Assembly: GCA_030390025.1 (NCBI GenBank)
Contig: CM059437.1
Span: forward strand, 77,874,001 to 77,938,000
DNA: 64,000 nt
From: Squalus acanthias
Lineage: Eukaryota
Direction: 5' to 3'
Positions 1 through 13,445 of the stretch are shown here, one piece after another. A program made the translations under genes and the position numbers. Below the pieces are notes generated by a model. The model saw nothing but the letters and a program-made list of their open reading frames with translations, was not told where the DNA came from and did no database searches. Numbering within the stretch: position 1 is the stretch's first letter; each line of letters begins with the position of its first letter.

Positions 1-1789
1 TTTGCATCATTAAATAGTAATGCATTATTTTTTGTGGTTTATCTGACTCTTGTGGAGAATTTTATTTAGCTCAAATTACTTTTATAAGTTGGGTGGTTTA
101 GTTTAGAAGTTAGCCTTATTTATCCAAATTTAAAGCCAATATTTTACATGGTTTGAGCTTCTGTTGAGGTAGACGGTTATAAGAATTTATTGTTGACCTA
201 AGAGTTGAGAGCGTGAGGCAGCAGGAGAGGAAAGGTTTCCTGTTTTGATGGCGTGCAGCTCTTCTCGCAGCAGTTGTCAGTTCCCGTCCTCCCTGCTGAT
301 TCATAGTTGCAGATGATCGATTGCTGCTCCATTGTAAATAAAGAGAAGGTCAAGTCTCACACCGCGTGAGCGAAAAGCTGCAGCATTTTTCCAACCTGAG
401 AGGTATATGTCATTAACTGCAGATTCCAAGTAGTGTAGGTTCGACCTTATCTGCTGGCGTACTATGTTAGCAGGTAAAATAACATGGTGGGAAATTGTTT
501 CCAACACAGAACTTTTAGTTTGACGGATTCGTTACTCACAAGGCAAAGTCTATTCTGTAAACGGTCTTTGAAGTGGAAAATGAACTTCGCTCTGCCAACT
601 GTAGATTAGGTACAACCAGAGATTGCAGCAGGGACTGTTGCGGCTTCAAACAATGTTACACTTTTTGGATACTGGTAATTATTTAACCAGACAAGCATCT
701 TTCCTTATTTTTCAAAAAGTACCTTTTCCTTCCTGTTGCTAGTTTCCCCAGGTCGATCTTTTACAAGAATAGCAAATGCCTCCACTGCTGAGTTCATCGT
801 CCGCCAATTGAAACCGGCTTCCCCATTCATATGCTGCCCTCCGTTTTGACAGTCAATTGCTTTTGTCAGGGTCTAACCTTGGTGACTGAGCAGCCAGGAT
901 ATTCCTGCTGTGCATAGCATCCTTTTCCTTGTTCTCCAGCCCTCTTATGAACCCTGCTCAAGCCAGGTTTTGACACAAGGTTGAATCATTATTCTATGCA
1001 GTAGACCTGACCTCCGAATTAAGACCATAACAGTTTCTGAGGGCCAAAACTGAGGAGGAGGAACAACCTTTGTCTTCTCTTATGGGCAAGCGTCATGCTT
1101 TTAAGTTCAAATCCTTCTAATTAAAGAAGGGTTTTAGCAAACTGTTTTCTGAACTGTATGACTACATGTGTGCCCAGCAGACATTTTTTTTTCTTAATAG
1201 TTATCTCAATATAAGAAGACAGCACACTGAAACTCTGTAATGCTGTTCACGGTGATGTGGGGATACTCAAAAAAAACCCTGCAAATACGTCTGATAATGC
1301 GACAGCTCAAAAATCATGATTTTTAAAAATTTAACCGTGGGTGTAATCTGATGTGTAATATGTTGATGATTTTACAGCCTCACCTGTCCCAAGATTTTGT
1401 TTATAATAGTGATGGGTCTAATAATGGAGCAGCAACTTTAGAATAAAACATCATAATTTCTCTCCACAGTTCTGCAGCATAAAAAAATAATCTGTCTGCA
1501 TTAACTGGTTAGTTCTCTTGTTGCTGTTTGTGGGACATTGCTATGCGCGAATTGGCTGCCTCCCAATTTCATCTCCAAGGCAAGTGATACTGCAATAGTG
1601 TTTTTCACAGCCTCACCTGCCTGAGGAATATTAACATTGGGCTGCCTCCTATGTTGCCCTAATCCGAGCTCCAAGGAGGCTTTTTTCCTTCCTCTTGACC
1701 CAGTATACCGAGAACCACGATGCCGAGAACTTTGTGGATTACTCATTTAGTGAGTTGAACACACAAAGGCTAGGTCAGACAGTAAATGG

Positions 1790-2485
1790 GTGACCAAGAG
1801 GCAGGGCAATATCAGGAAGGTAGTGCAGGAGTCCCCTGCGGTCGTCTCCCTCCAAAACAGATATACCGTTTTGGATACTGTTGGGGGAAATGACCAACCA
1901 GGGGAAGGCACCAGCAGCCAGGTTCATGGCACCATGGCTGGCTCTGCTACACAGCAGGGCGCGAAAAAGAGTGGTAGAGCTATAGTGATAGGGGACTCAA
2001 TTGTAAGGGGAATAGACAGGAGTTTCTGTGGCCGCAACCGAGATTCCAGGATGGTATGTTGCCTCCCTGGTGCAAGGGTCAAGGATGTCTCGGAGCGGCT
2101 GCAGAACATTCTGGAAAGGGAGGGTGAAGAGCCAGCTGTCGTGGTGCATGTAGGTACCAACGATATAGGTAAAAAGCGGGAAGAGGTCCTACAAGCAGAA
2201 TTTAGGGAGCTAGGAGCTAAATTGAAAAGTAGGACCTCAAAGGTAGTAATCTCTGGGTTGCTACCAGTGCCACGTGCTAATCAGAGTAGCATGAACAGGA
2301 TAGCGAGATTAAATACGTGGCTTGAGCAGTGGTGCAGGAGGGAGGGATTCAAATACCTGAGGCATTGGAACCAGTTCTGGGGGAAGTGGGACCTGTACAA
2401 AAGGGACGGTCTGCACTTGGGCAGGACTGGAACCGATGTCCTCGGGGTAATATTTGCTAAGGTAGTTCGGGAGGATTTAAACTAA
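1790..2485 (+). CDS. CR1 ORF1 SGNH/GDSL esterase-like domain (N-terminus missing)
   Basis: Motifs IGDSIVR, CLPGA, HVGTND and DGLHL. Confidence 0.9.
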   Translation: MTKRQGNIRKVVQESPAVVSLQNRYTVLDTVGGNDQPGEGTSSQVHGTMAGSATQQGAKKSGRAIVIGDSIVRGIDRSFCGRNRDSRMVCCLPGARVKDVSERLQNILEREGEEPAVVVHVGTNDIGKKREEVLQAEFRELGAKLKSRTSKVVISGLLPVPRANQSSMNRIARLNTWLEQWCRREGFKYLRHWNQFWGKWDLYKRDGLHLGRTGTDVLGVIFAKVVREDLN

Positions 2486-2532
2486 TATGGCAGGGGAATG
2501 GGAACCTATGTAGCGAAACAGGGGGAAGTAAT

Positions 2533-5471
2533 ATGCAGTTAGAAACAAATGTTAGAAGGGTGAGAAACAATAAGGGAAATCCGAGTAAACAAAGGCAAGA
2601 AACACAAAGGTCCATACTAAATCATAAGTCTAAAAGGACAAAGGGTGTTAATAAAACAAGCCTAAAGGCTCTGTGTCTTAATGCAAGGAGTATCCGTAAT
2701 AAGGTGGATGAATTGACTGTGCAAATTGATGTTAACGGATATGATGTGATTGGGATTACAGAGACGTGGCTCCAGAACAATCAAGGCTGGGAACTGAATA
2801 TCCAGGGGTATTCAACATTCAGGAAGGATAGAATAAAAGAGAAAAGGGGGTGGGGTAGCATTGCTGGTTAAAAAGGAGATTAATGCAATAGCTAGGAAGG
2901 ACATTAGCTTGGAGGATGTGGAATCAATATGGGTTGAGCTGCAGAACACCAAAGGGCAGAAAACGTTAGTGGGGGTTGTGTACAGACCTCCAAACAGTAG
3001 TAGTGAGGTGGGGGAGGGTATGAAACAGGAAATCAGAGGTGCATGCAAAAAAGACGCAGCAGTTATCATGGGTGACTTTAATATGCATATAGATTGGGCT
3101 ACTCAAACTGGAAGCAATACGGTGGAGGAGGATTTCCTGGAGTGTTTAAGGGATGGTTTCCTAAACCAATGTGTTGAGGAACCAACTAGAGGGGAGGCCA
3201 TCCTAGACTGGGTGTTGTGTAATGAGGAAGGACTAATCAGCAATCTTGTGGTGCGAGGCCCCTTGGGGAAGAGTGACCATAGTATGGTGGAGTTCTACAT
3301 TAGGATGGAGAAGGAAACAGTTAATTCAGAGACCATGGTCCAGAACTTAAATAAGGGCAACTTTGAGGGTATGAGGCGTGAATTGGCGAGGTTAGATTGG
3401 CAAGCGATATTTAAGGGGTTATCAGTGGAAGGGCAATGGCAGACATTTAGAGATCGCATGCATGAACTACAGCAATTGTACATCCCTGTCTGGCGTAAAA
3501 ATAAAAAAGGGAAGGTGGCTCAACCATGGCTAACAAGGGAAATCAGGGATAGTATTAAAAGCAAGGAAGTGGCATACAAATTGGCCAGAAGTAGCAGCAA
3601 ACCCGGGGACTGGGAGAACTTTAAAACTCAGCAGAGGAGGACGAAGGGTTTGATTAGGGCAGGGAAAATAAAATATGAAAGGAAGCTTGCGGAGAACATT
3701 AAAACGGACTGCAAAAGCTTCTATAAATATGTAAAAAGAAAGAGGTTAGTAAAAACAAACGTAGGTCCCCTGCAGTCAGAAACAGGGGAAGTCATAATGG
3801 GGAACAAAGAAATGGCAGATCAATTGAACAAGTACTTTGGTTCGGTGTTTACTGTGGAGGACACAAACAACCTTCCGGAAATAAAAGAGATCAAAGGATC
3901 TGGTAAGAGGGAGGAGCTGAGGGAAATCCTTATCAGTCGGGAAAAGGTGTTGGGGAAATTGATGGGACTGAAGGCTGATAAATCCCCAGGGCCTGATGGT
4001 CTGCATCCCAGAGTACTTAAGGAGGTGGCCTTGGAAATAGTGGATGCATTGACGATCATTTTCCAACATTCCTTAGACTCTGGATCAGTTCCGAAGGAGT
4101 GGAGGGTGGCTAATGTAACCCCTCTTTTTAAAAAGGAGGGAGGGAGAAAGCAGGGAATTATAGACCGGTCAGCCTGACATCGGTGGTGGGTAAAATGATG
4201 GAATCAATTATTAAAGATGTCATAACAGACCATTTGGAAAGTGGCGACATGATAGGTCCATTTCAGCATGGATTTGTGAAAGGGAAATCATGCTTGACAA
4301 ATCTTCTGGAATTTTTTGAGGATGTTTCCAATAGGGTGGACGGGGGGGGGAACCAGTAGATGTGGTGTATTTGGACTTTCAGAAGGCCTTCGACAAGGTC
4401 CCACACAAGAGATTGGTGTGCAAAGTTAAAGCACATGGGATTGGGGGTAATGTGTTGATGTGGATTGAGAACTGGTTGGCACACAGGAAACAAAGAGTAG
4501 GAGTAAATGGGTACTTTTCAGAATGGCAGGCAGTGACCAGCGGGGTACCGCAGGGTTCGGTGCTGGGGCCCCAGCTGTTTACATTATATATTAATGATTT
4601 GGACGAAGGGATTAATTGTAATATCTCCAAATTTGCGGATGACACTAAATTGGGAGGCAGTGTGAACAATGAGGAGGATGCTAGGAGGCTACAGAGTGAC
4701 TTGGACAGGTTGGGTGAATGGGCAAATGTATGGCAGATGAAGTACAATGTGGATAAATGTGAGGTTATCCACTTTGGTGGTAAAAATAGGGAGGCAGACT
4801 ATTACCTGAATGGTGGCAGATTAGGGAAAGGGGAGGTGCAACGAGACCTGGGCGTCATGGTACATCAGTCACTGAAGGTGGGAAGGCAAGTGCAGCAGGC
4901 AGTCAAGAAAGCAAATGGCATGATGGCCTTCATAGCAAGGGGATTTGAGTACAGGAGTAGGGAGGTGATGCTACAGTTGTACAGGGCCTTGGTGAGGCCA
5001 CACCTGGAGTATTGTGTGCAGTTTTGGTCTCCTAACTTGAGGAAGGACATTCTTGCTATTGAGGGAGTGCAACGAAGGTTCACTAGATTGATTCCTGGGA
5101 TGGCCAGACTGACATATCAAGAAAGACTGGATCAACTGAACTTGTATCCTCTGGAGTTCAGAAGAATGAGGGGGGATCTTATAGAGACGTTTAAAATCCT
5201 GACTGGTTTAGACAAATTAGATGCGGGCAGAATGTTTCCAATGTTAGGGAAAACTAAAACCAGGGGTCACAGTCTAAGGATAAAGGGGAAGCCATTTAAG
5301 ACTGAGATGAGGAGGAACTTCTTCACCCAGAGAGTGGTGAATCTGTGGAATTCTCTACCACAGAAGGTTGTTGAGGCCAGTTCGCTAAATATATTCAAAA
5401 GGGAGTTAGATATAATACTCACAACTAGGGGGATCAAGGGGTATGGCGAGAAAGCAGGAATGGGGTACTGA
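2533..5471 (+). pseudogene. CR1 ORF2 (APE endonuclease + reverse transcriptase) with three frameshifts
   Basis: Motifs NARS, ITETWL, YRPP, GDFN, SDH, KSPGPDG, NYRPVSLTS, QHGF, DFQKAFD, GVPQGSVLGP and FADD. Frameshifts at about 2845, 4135 and 4345. Confidence 0.93.
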
Positions 5472-6864
5472 GGTAGCATGTTCAGCCATGAACGCATTAA
5501 ATGGCGGTGCAGGCTCGAAGGACCGAATGGTCGACTCCTGCACCTATTTTCTATGTTTCTATGTATACAGCCCAGAGAGCATCCAAGGCTGGCCTTTTCT
5601 CTGCTGCTCCCTAACCTGGCTAAGCCTGAACCTGACCCAGGACTCCAAGGAGACCCAAAGTAGCATTTTGCCTGCCTGACCCAAGTGAAACCAGCCCAGC
5701 CCAGTCTACGGCCTTATACAGCCCCACAAGGTAGCCTTTTGCCTACTCCACCTGACCCAATCCAGCCTGGTTCCATAGAGCCCTGTGGTGGCCTGCTGCT
5801 CCAGAAATGAGGCCAGGATATTTTAACTCCCAGGCCTCAGTTAAATCCTGGCAGACAACTTCTCACTTGATCCAGCCGGGAAGTCGTTGGGAAGTGGTGG
5901 AAAGTCAGGTAGTCCAAAGGCCACCCACTAAGACCACAGTAGGTTGTGGGATCAGCTGCCAGGAAGATGAAAATTTACTTCATGGTGCCTTGGGGATTGT
6001 ATTCCATGACTCCAACCATTTTTATATGAGAACTGCAAATCAGTGGGTTTGATAATGAGGGCTTTTCTCCTTGGTATTTAAGTTTAGTTATTGATTCTTA
6101 AAATGTTCATTTTTACAACCCTCTATGGTACTCCCTCTGAGTTCAGCCAGTTTTAGTGTTCTTGATTTTTATTGAACTTGTCTTATATTTTAGCTCCTTT
6201 AATATTATTCCATTGCATCTGTCATTAAGGTGACTACTTTAGAGGTATAGCAGGGGGAAAAATGGAGGGTGAATTATCCCAAGCTATTCTTATGTTCCTC
6301 AATGTGGCCAGCATTATGGAATTGGCAAAGAGTTGAGAACACTTTGCCTCCTTTGACCTGTTAGGCAGGAAACGGTGGTTAGTACAGTAAGCTGGAAGAA
6401 GGGAACCTTCCAATGTATGGTGCAGGGTCAATAGCTTATTGTTTCTTTATAGCTGTTAAAGGAATTCTGACCCCATTAATGGTGATAACTGGAAGAACAT
6501 CCAAAATATTTGGGCAGCTTTGTTCTAACATTTATAGCTTGGAAACAATTCTTATGGGGAAGATCAGGTGAATGTTGCATCAATTACAGCATAACTGGAT
6601 TGTGTTGTATCTGACCTTGGAACAACTGAGTCTGGTAGAAGGTGTAATAAGATGTTAACTCCATAGAGGAAAGTTCAATTAGCAGGTTGACTCAAAACTC
6701 TCAAAAATGATCACATGTATCAACTGTGGAACTGCTGACTGCAAATGTGTATCATGAGCTTCTAAATCTCCAAAGTACTGGACAGTCGGGTTTCCACATG
6801 TCCAATATCCGTGCATAGATTTTATAGAATTTTTCATGTATTCTGGATGTGAGATAATTTCACA

Positions 6865-7372
6865 CAAACAACAACAACAACTTGCATTTATATAGCACCT
6901 TAAACTTCACTAAAACGCAATCAGACAAAGATGGATGCCCAGCCAAAGAAGGAGAAATTAGGTGAGGTAACCAAAAGCTTGGTCAAAGCGGTGGGTTTTA
7001 AGCAGGGTCTTAAAGGAGGAGGTAGTGGAGAGATTTAGGGAGGGATTTCCATAGGATAAGGCCTAGACGACTGAAGGCGTGGCCAATAATGGTGGAGTGA
7101 AGGGATGGGGAGATGTACAAAAATGGCCAGCGTTGGAGGAGCATAGAGTTCTCAGTGGGTTGTAGGGCTGGAGGAGGTTAGAGATGGTGAGGTCATGAAG
7201 AGATTTAAACATGAGGATGAGAACTTTTGATTTTAGACAGTGGGAGACTGGGACCCAATGTAGGTCAACAAGGAAGGGGTGATGAGCGAGTGGGACTTGA
7301 TGCGGGATAGGATATGGGCAGCAGGGTTTAGGATGAGCTGGAGGTCGGAAGCCAGCCACGAGAGTATTGAAT
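6865..7372 (-). mobile_element. L2-clade LINE 3' fragment, interrupted by the Harbinger derivative; resumes at about 9110-9255
   Basis: Minus-strand translation LHWVPV...KVLILMFKSLH...PYNPLRTLCSS is typical of the L2 ORF2 C-terminus. The (caa)n-cttgcatttatatagcacc tail is at 6865. Confidence 0.7.
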
Positions 7373-7375
7373 AAT

Positions 7376-9060
7376 TGGCCGGAATTATACCAGCGCTCAG
7401 AGTGCAGGTTTGGAGGCGGATCCGCTGTCAAAAAGCACAAAGATTGACAGCGGGTCAGTATCCCGCTGTAAACCCGCCTCCTTGTCAGTTTCCTTGTCAT
7501 CCCTGAACAGACCCGACACCAAGCGGCAGGTCAGCCAATTTAGATAATGAAATGCTTGTTAAAAGGTATTTAAGCACCATTTTCCCATGTATTTACCATT
7601 TTAACAGGTTTTTAAGGAGGTTCCCGGAGAGCAGGTATCACGTCAGGTAAGGAGGTCGGGTGTTGTGTCAGAATGGAATGATTTACTAACCTGACAGCTG
7701 CAAATGGTCTATGAAAGCTCACATTTCATAGGTATTCACTTTCCAAGGTTAGAAGCTGTTACTTACTGCATTTGGAAGACAGATTGAGTTTTATGCAGCT
7801 AGCAAGTGTTTGGAGCAAACTCTCTATCCTGTGTCACCTCATTGGAACAACCTCTCTCACCATTGACACATCGCTTCTGTCATCTCACGCTCACCTGCCA
7901 TCTAGTCCATCATGGTGCCCTTGAAAAAATCTCACCTTGGTCCTCAGAATCCCAACACTATCAGCCCCAACACCAGCATCACCGGGCACACCAGCAGCAC
8001 CAACATCCACACCAACCTTCTCCGCAATCAACTGATGCTGCACTGGACACAGGGTATCATCACCCATGCACATTGCTGCCCGGGAGGCCAGCGATGGCCT
8101 CACCATGTCCAGGTTTACTTCACTTAACACTGTACACCCTGGCTGCCACATGATGCACCAAGTTGGCACCACCCCACACCAGCACCATAAAGCATCCCTA
8201 CAATGTCCAAGCCATTCCTTTCGCACTCATCACCATTGGGGGGGAGGGCATTATGTCTCACCATTCACTGCAACTCACTAAGACACTTCCAAAGGTGCAC
8301 ACAAATCTGTCCAAGAAAGCAAAGTGTTGAAAATAAAGATTTCAATGCTTGACAACACATTAACAGAAAGTTTATATGAACATTGGCTAAAGCACACAGG
8401 TGCCTACCCTTGTGTGTTAGTTTGAATGATTGGACAAGGGTGAGGGGTGGCTAGTGAGATGGGGAAGTGATAATGTAGAGAGAGAGGGATGCACGGAGGT
8501 GCAAGGTAAGTTGGTGTGAGTAAGGATGTGCAGGAGTAGGGTAGGGAAGGCAGAGTGATGGGGATGTGATGAGTGGCACAGCAGGATGAGGTTGAGTGTG
8601 GCTTTGCAGTAACATTTCGTGATCTACTGAGATCATTGAAAGGTTTGCGCCACTGCAGCCTGGTCCTCTTAATGACATCCCTGCTTGTGCCCCCCTGTGC
8701 AATGTGCAACCAGGCTGCGTTGGTGTCCTGGGGAGGTGTCTTCCGCCCATGGGAAGGGAATGGGACCTCCCTGCGTGCTGTGACTCCCTCCATAAGCATA
8801 TGGAGGGAGTAATGGGGGAGCCTGGGTGCAGCTGTGCACCTCTGTGCAGTGCTTGTCAGTGTTTGCAGCACCTCAATGCTGTAGAACACTGACAGCACAA
8901 CTGTCAAAATGAATGTGGCCGTGGTCCCTTTAAGGAAACCAGCTGATGACGCATCATCAAATTACGTCATCAGACCCGCTTCCTATTAATTGGCCGGGAA
9001 CTTCTCAGGGCGGGCTTAACAAGCCCAATCAATGGAAAATCATGTTGGAGGCCTGGATCG
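7376..9060 (+). mobile_element. Non-autonomous PIF/Harbinger deletion derivative
   Basis: Colinear with the 46.5-51.5 kb element: transposase 5' end fused to its 3' end (acattgctgcccgggaggcc...), then the intergenic region, then Myb exon 1 on the minus strand (AAPRL...AWLHIA...RTRLQWRKPFNDL). Confidence 0.8.
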
Positions 9061-10789
9061 AGCCAGATGTGGGGTCCCACATGCCAGGGACGTCGCTGGT
9101 GACGGACACGCTGAGGTTGGAACAGGGCATGAATGAGTATTTGAGCAGTAGATGGGCTGAGGGAGGGGCAGAGGTGGAATTCGGTGGTCTTTATGATGGA
9201 GAGGATGGGGCTTGGAAGCTCAGCCAGAGGTTGAATAAGACGCTGAGGTTGTGAACAGTCTAGTTCAACCGGGATGCTGGCCGGGGACGGAGATGTAATC
9301 ATTGGCGAGGTTACGCAGATTGTGCCAAAATCACATAATAAGACATTTACAGCAACTCGGCAATGTTTTGCTTTGCACACATTACCAAATGAAGTTTTCT
9401 ACATCTGCATTTTAATATGGGCCTTCCTACCCTTCCGGGAGTGGTTTGTTTTCATTCATAGCAATACTTGCTCAGCTTAAATGAAGTTAATGATGACCTA
9501 AAAGTCTAAAGAGCAGACACTGAACAGTTTTTAAAGAATTATGGCGAATCAATAATGGACTTTTATTTCTATTGGATCACCTGATATGTTGAGGACACAG
9601 TGTAATTTGACAAATCTACTGTTCATTTTTTTTTCTCTTTATGTTCTTGATCTCATAACAGCTGAAAAAGTGATTAACAGTAGTTGGACTGGATCCTGGA
9701 TATATTTTCAACTTCTGTGGTTCACTGACAAAGGAAACTGTGCCGACTAAATTTGTCTGCAAGCCCTTGACCTGGGCACGACCTCGGCACTAAGAGGGAG
9801 ACTTAGTCCAATCGGGAGAAAGTATTTCATTAAACACTTCAACCTGATACACTCCGGTTTCCTCAGTAATGCATATCAACGAGCACACACTTCTGGCTGA
9901 TGCCTTTTCTTTTGGTCTTTTTATTTTATTCCTAGTTGCTGCTTCTAGATGTGCCGCTGTCCCTCCGACCTTTTTTTTTTCAGACTGTGATTAAGCTACA
10001 GCTACTGATCTCGACAGTATCTATACTGCAGTGCTGAACCAGCAGATCGAAGCTTTGCTGCAGACAACACCTCTTAGCCACACCAGAACTCCGTGCGTGT
10101 GAGCCCTGCTCCCTGGGTGGCTCATTTTTAATGCATGAGAGAGCAGGCAGCTGCTTGGCAATCTCCTGACGTTTTTTTTAAAAGTTCCAAAGTAAATGTA
10201 GCAAGTGCCCAGAAGTTTCAACGGATTGCCTGGGCACTTCTAAAATGTGGCTTTTGGACCAGTCTGGGAGTGTACTGCACTCAGTTGCAAAATCCAAAGC
10301 AGTGGAGGTCCAAAGAGATTTAGGGTGGCAGGTGCCTGCTGGAGGTAATGCAACGAGCCTTGCTTTATGCGCTCAGGAATCCGGTTGCTGGCACGGCTGT
10401 GAGTTATATTGTGACTGTGCGATGATGCATATTTGAAAGCCCTTCACACTGATGCAAAAGTGGTGGTGTAACTGCAGCTTTGACTTGTGACCTCAGACAA
10501 GAGAATGATCTAAAGATTGGTCAATAGCTGGGTTGACTGTATTGCTCTGACTGGTCTTTCGTCAGCATCGAACCATTTTCTTGTACGCTGCTTTGATATT
10601 TTCATTCGGATTCCAATTCCTGTATTTATGCAGTCAAATCCATTTTCTGTAGCACAGCAGCTGACTCATAGAACCAGGGACACCAGAGTCCCAGGATATG
10701 CATTAAAAGAACAATATAAAAGCAGCTGTGAGCTGATACTACAGAGGCAACTGCAGTCACAGTTGCCAGATGATATGGCCATGTTTGGT

Positions 10790-11508
10790 GAAATGCTAGA
10801 AACAGTGGCGATCCAAAGATATTTACGGGTCCATGCACACAGATCACTAAAATGTAGTAGTCGGGTACAAAAAGTCATCAGAAAGGCTAGTGGAACATTA
10901 GCCTTTATAACTAGAGGTTTAGAATATAATGGGGAGGAAATTTTGCTACAGCTACACAAAGCCCTGGTTAGACCACATCTTGAAGTACTGTGTACAGGTC
11001 TGGGCACCACACCTTAGAAAGGATATATTGGCCTTGGAAGGAGTGCAGCACAGATTCACCAGAATGTTATCAGGGCTCCAAGGGTTAGATTATGAGCAGT
11101 CATTACATAAACCAGACTTGTATTCCCTGGAATATAGAAGGTTAAGGGGTGATTTGATTGAGATTTTTAGGATTTTGAAAGGAATTGATAGGGTAGATAG
11201 ACAGAAACATTTTCCGCTGGTGGTGGAATCTAGGACAAGGGGACATAACCTTAAAATCAGAGCCAGGCCATTCAGAGAGAAGTTGAGAAACACTTCTTAA
11301 TGCAAAGGATGGTAGAAGTGTGGAACAAAAAGCAGTAGATTCTAGCTCAATTAATAATTTAAAATTGGATATCAATAGATTTTTGCTAGACAAGGGTATA
11401 AAAGGATATGGAGCCAAGGCGGGTGGATGGAGTTGAGATACAGATCAGTGATGATATTGAATGGCGGAACAGGCTCGAGGGGCTGAATGGCCTACTCCTG
11501 TTATGTTT
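10790..11508 (+). mobile_element. CR1 LINE 3' fragment
   Basis: LVRPHL / LRKDILALEGVQHRFTR / RRLRGDLIE; CR1 3' UTR ggctcgaggggctgaatggcctactcctg. Confidence 0.9.
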
Positions 11509-11764
11509 GGAACGCCTATTAGTGTCCTACTTGGGGGTTGGCACTTTGTAATGTGGGCCTCTGAAGGATAATGTGAACACACTACACGTTTGTATATTTC
11601 AGATGAAATATTTACCAAACTATCACATGTTTGTTTAGACATTTGAGCTACTCGCCACATTGACCGTGCAGTGCTTAAACTAAACATTGGCAAGATTATT
11701 GGTAATATTTGTGAAACTTTTGCTAGTAAGCTTTCCAGCCACTAGCAGACTTCAACCAGAAATG

Positions 11765-12135
11765 TTTTTTAAATTCAATCACGGGATGTGGCCGTCGCTG
11801 GCAAGGCCAACATTTATTGCCCATCCCTAATTGCCCTTGAGAAGGTGGTGGTGAGCCGCCGCCTTGAACTGCTGCAGTCCGTGTGGTGAAGGTACTCCCA
11901 CAGTGCCGTTAGGCAGCGATTATGAAGGCACGGTGATATATTTCTAAGTCTGGAAGGTGTGTGACTTGGAGGTGGTGGTGTTCCCACGTGCCTGCTGCCC
12001 TTGTCCTTCTAGATGGTAAAGGTTGCAGGTTTTGGGAGGTGCTGTCGAAGAAGTCTTGGCGAGTTGCTGCAGTGCATCTTGTAGATGGTACACACTGTAG
12101 CCACGGTGTGCCGGTGGCGGAGGGAGTGAATGTTT
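11765..12135 (-). mobile_element. Non-LTR retrotransposon 3' fragment (CR1/L2 group); related copy at about 38325-38560
   Basis: The shared end gggatgtgg..gctggcaaggcc..atttattgccc occurs twice in the window. Confidence 0.55.
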
Positions 12136-12684
12136 ACGACCCAACTTTCTTCTGAGTCAAGGCACAGGCTGCGCTCTTGCACATGTTTTCAGCCTCCTAT
12201 TTACTTTTCTAAATCCTATTCTGGCATTTGAGTAGCTACATACTAGTAAAGGAAGAAGGTATGTCATTGCAAAATGCAACAGATTAATGCAAAGTGTGCA
12301 GCGATTATGTGATTTTCTGCTCTCTAGAGTACAGATATAAATAAGATCAAGGAAAATCCTGTGCGCAGCCAGAACTATTTTACAGGTGATGTCTGTTTCT
12401 ATACAAGTTTGCTCTGCCTTTTTAAAAAGCTACTTAAGTGATTGCCCCAGAGTGCCATTACTTCCACATATTGCTAGTATATACTTAAACCCTGTTTACA
12501 TGAAACATCTGACTGATAACATTAGAACAGCTCTGTTTACATTGTTGAGAGCTGAGCTGATGTCTGCAATTCAGGTTGCACGTGACAACAGAGCCTGTCA
12601 ACTTGGAGAGTTTGTGCCCTGATACACACGTTTTTTGCAAATTTGCAATTCAAAGCTATCTGAAGGCGAGTGCCCTTCAATATG

Positions 12685-13445
12685 AACAACGTGCATTTAT
12701 ATAGCACCTTTAACGTAGAAAAACATCCCAAGGTGCTTTCTGAAGCGTGATCAGACACAAATCAATGCCAAGCCAAAGAAGGAGCTATTAGGATGGGTGA
12801 CTAAAAGCTAGGTTCCTGTGGTCATCCCTACTGATTCCCCCCCAGCCACTGTCTCAAGTTGTACCAGACTGTTCTCACCCTCGGTGTCCTATTTGACCTC
12901 CAGTTCCGCTTCGCTCCCATATCCTCTCCATCACAAAGACCGCCTTCCACTTTGGTAACATTGCGTGTCTCCACCTCTGTCTCAGTGCATCTGCTGCCAA
13001 AACCCTCATCCATTCCTTTTTCCTCTCCAGACTCATCTATTCCAATGCTCTCTTCGCTGGCTTCCCATTCCAATCATTCATAAAGTTCAGCTCATCCAAA
13101 ACCCTGCTGCCGATATCCTATACCGCACCACATCCCATTGACCTATTATCCCTGTGCTCACTGACCTACGTTGGCTCCTGGTTGCCCAGTGGCTCAAATC
13201 TAAAATTCTCATCCTCATGTTTAAATTCCTTCATGGTCTCCTCCCTCCTTATCTCTGTAACCTCTCTTCCCCCAAATGCTGTTGAGGCTAGATCAATTGA
13301 ACATTTTAAAACTGAGATCGATAGATTTTGTTGGGTAAGGTAACCAAGCCGAGTAAATGGAGCTAAGATACAGATCAGCCATGATCTAATGGAATGGCGG
13401 AACAGGCTCAAGGGGCTGAATGGTCTACTCCTGTTGCTATGTTCC
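12685..13445. mobile_element. Composite of L2 fragments and a CR1 3' tail
   Basis: L2 tail at 12685-12810 (similar to 6865), L2 ORF2 remnant on + at 12830-13265, CR1 3' UTR at 13270-13445. Confidence 0.7.

Larger units (their letters stand above)
1770..5565 (+). mobile_element. CR1-clade LINE, 5'-truncated but near full length
   Basis: Esterase ORF1 followed by APE-RT ORF2, a short 3' UTR and a (ttctatgt)2 tail at about 5549-5565. Confidence 0.97.

Noticed and set aside
116..1100. Coding-looking minus-strand stretch (AGFIRGL, QLLREELHAI), reminiscent of a decayed gag
   Set aside because: Multiple stops, inconsistent motif order, and no LTR or pol seen.
9976..10100. Strong acceptor ttttttttttcag with a downstream gtgagc
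   Set aside because: Stop codons in all three frames from the acceptor, so it is not a coding exon.
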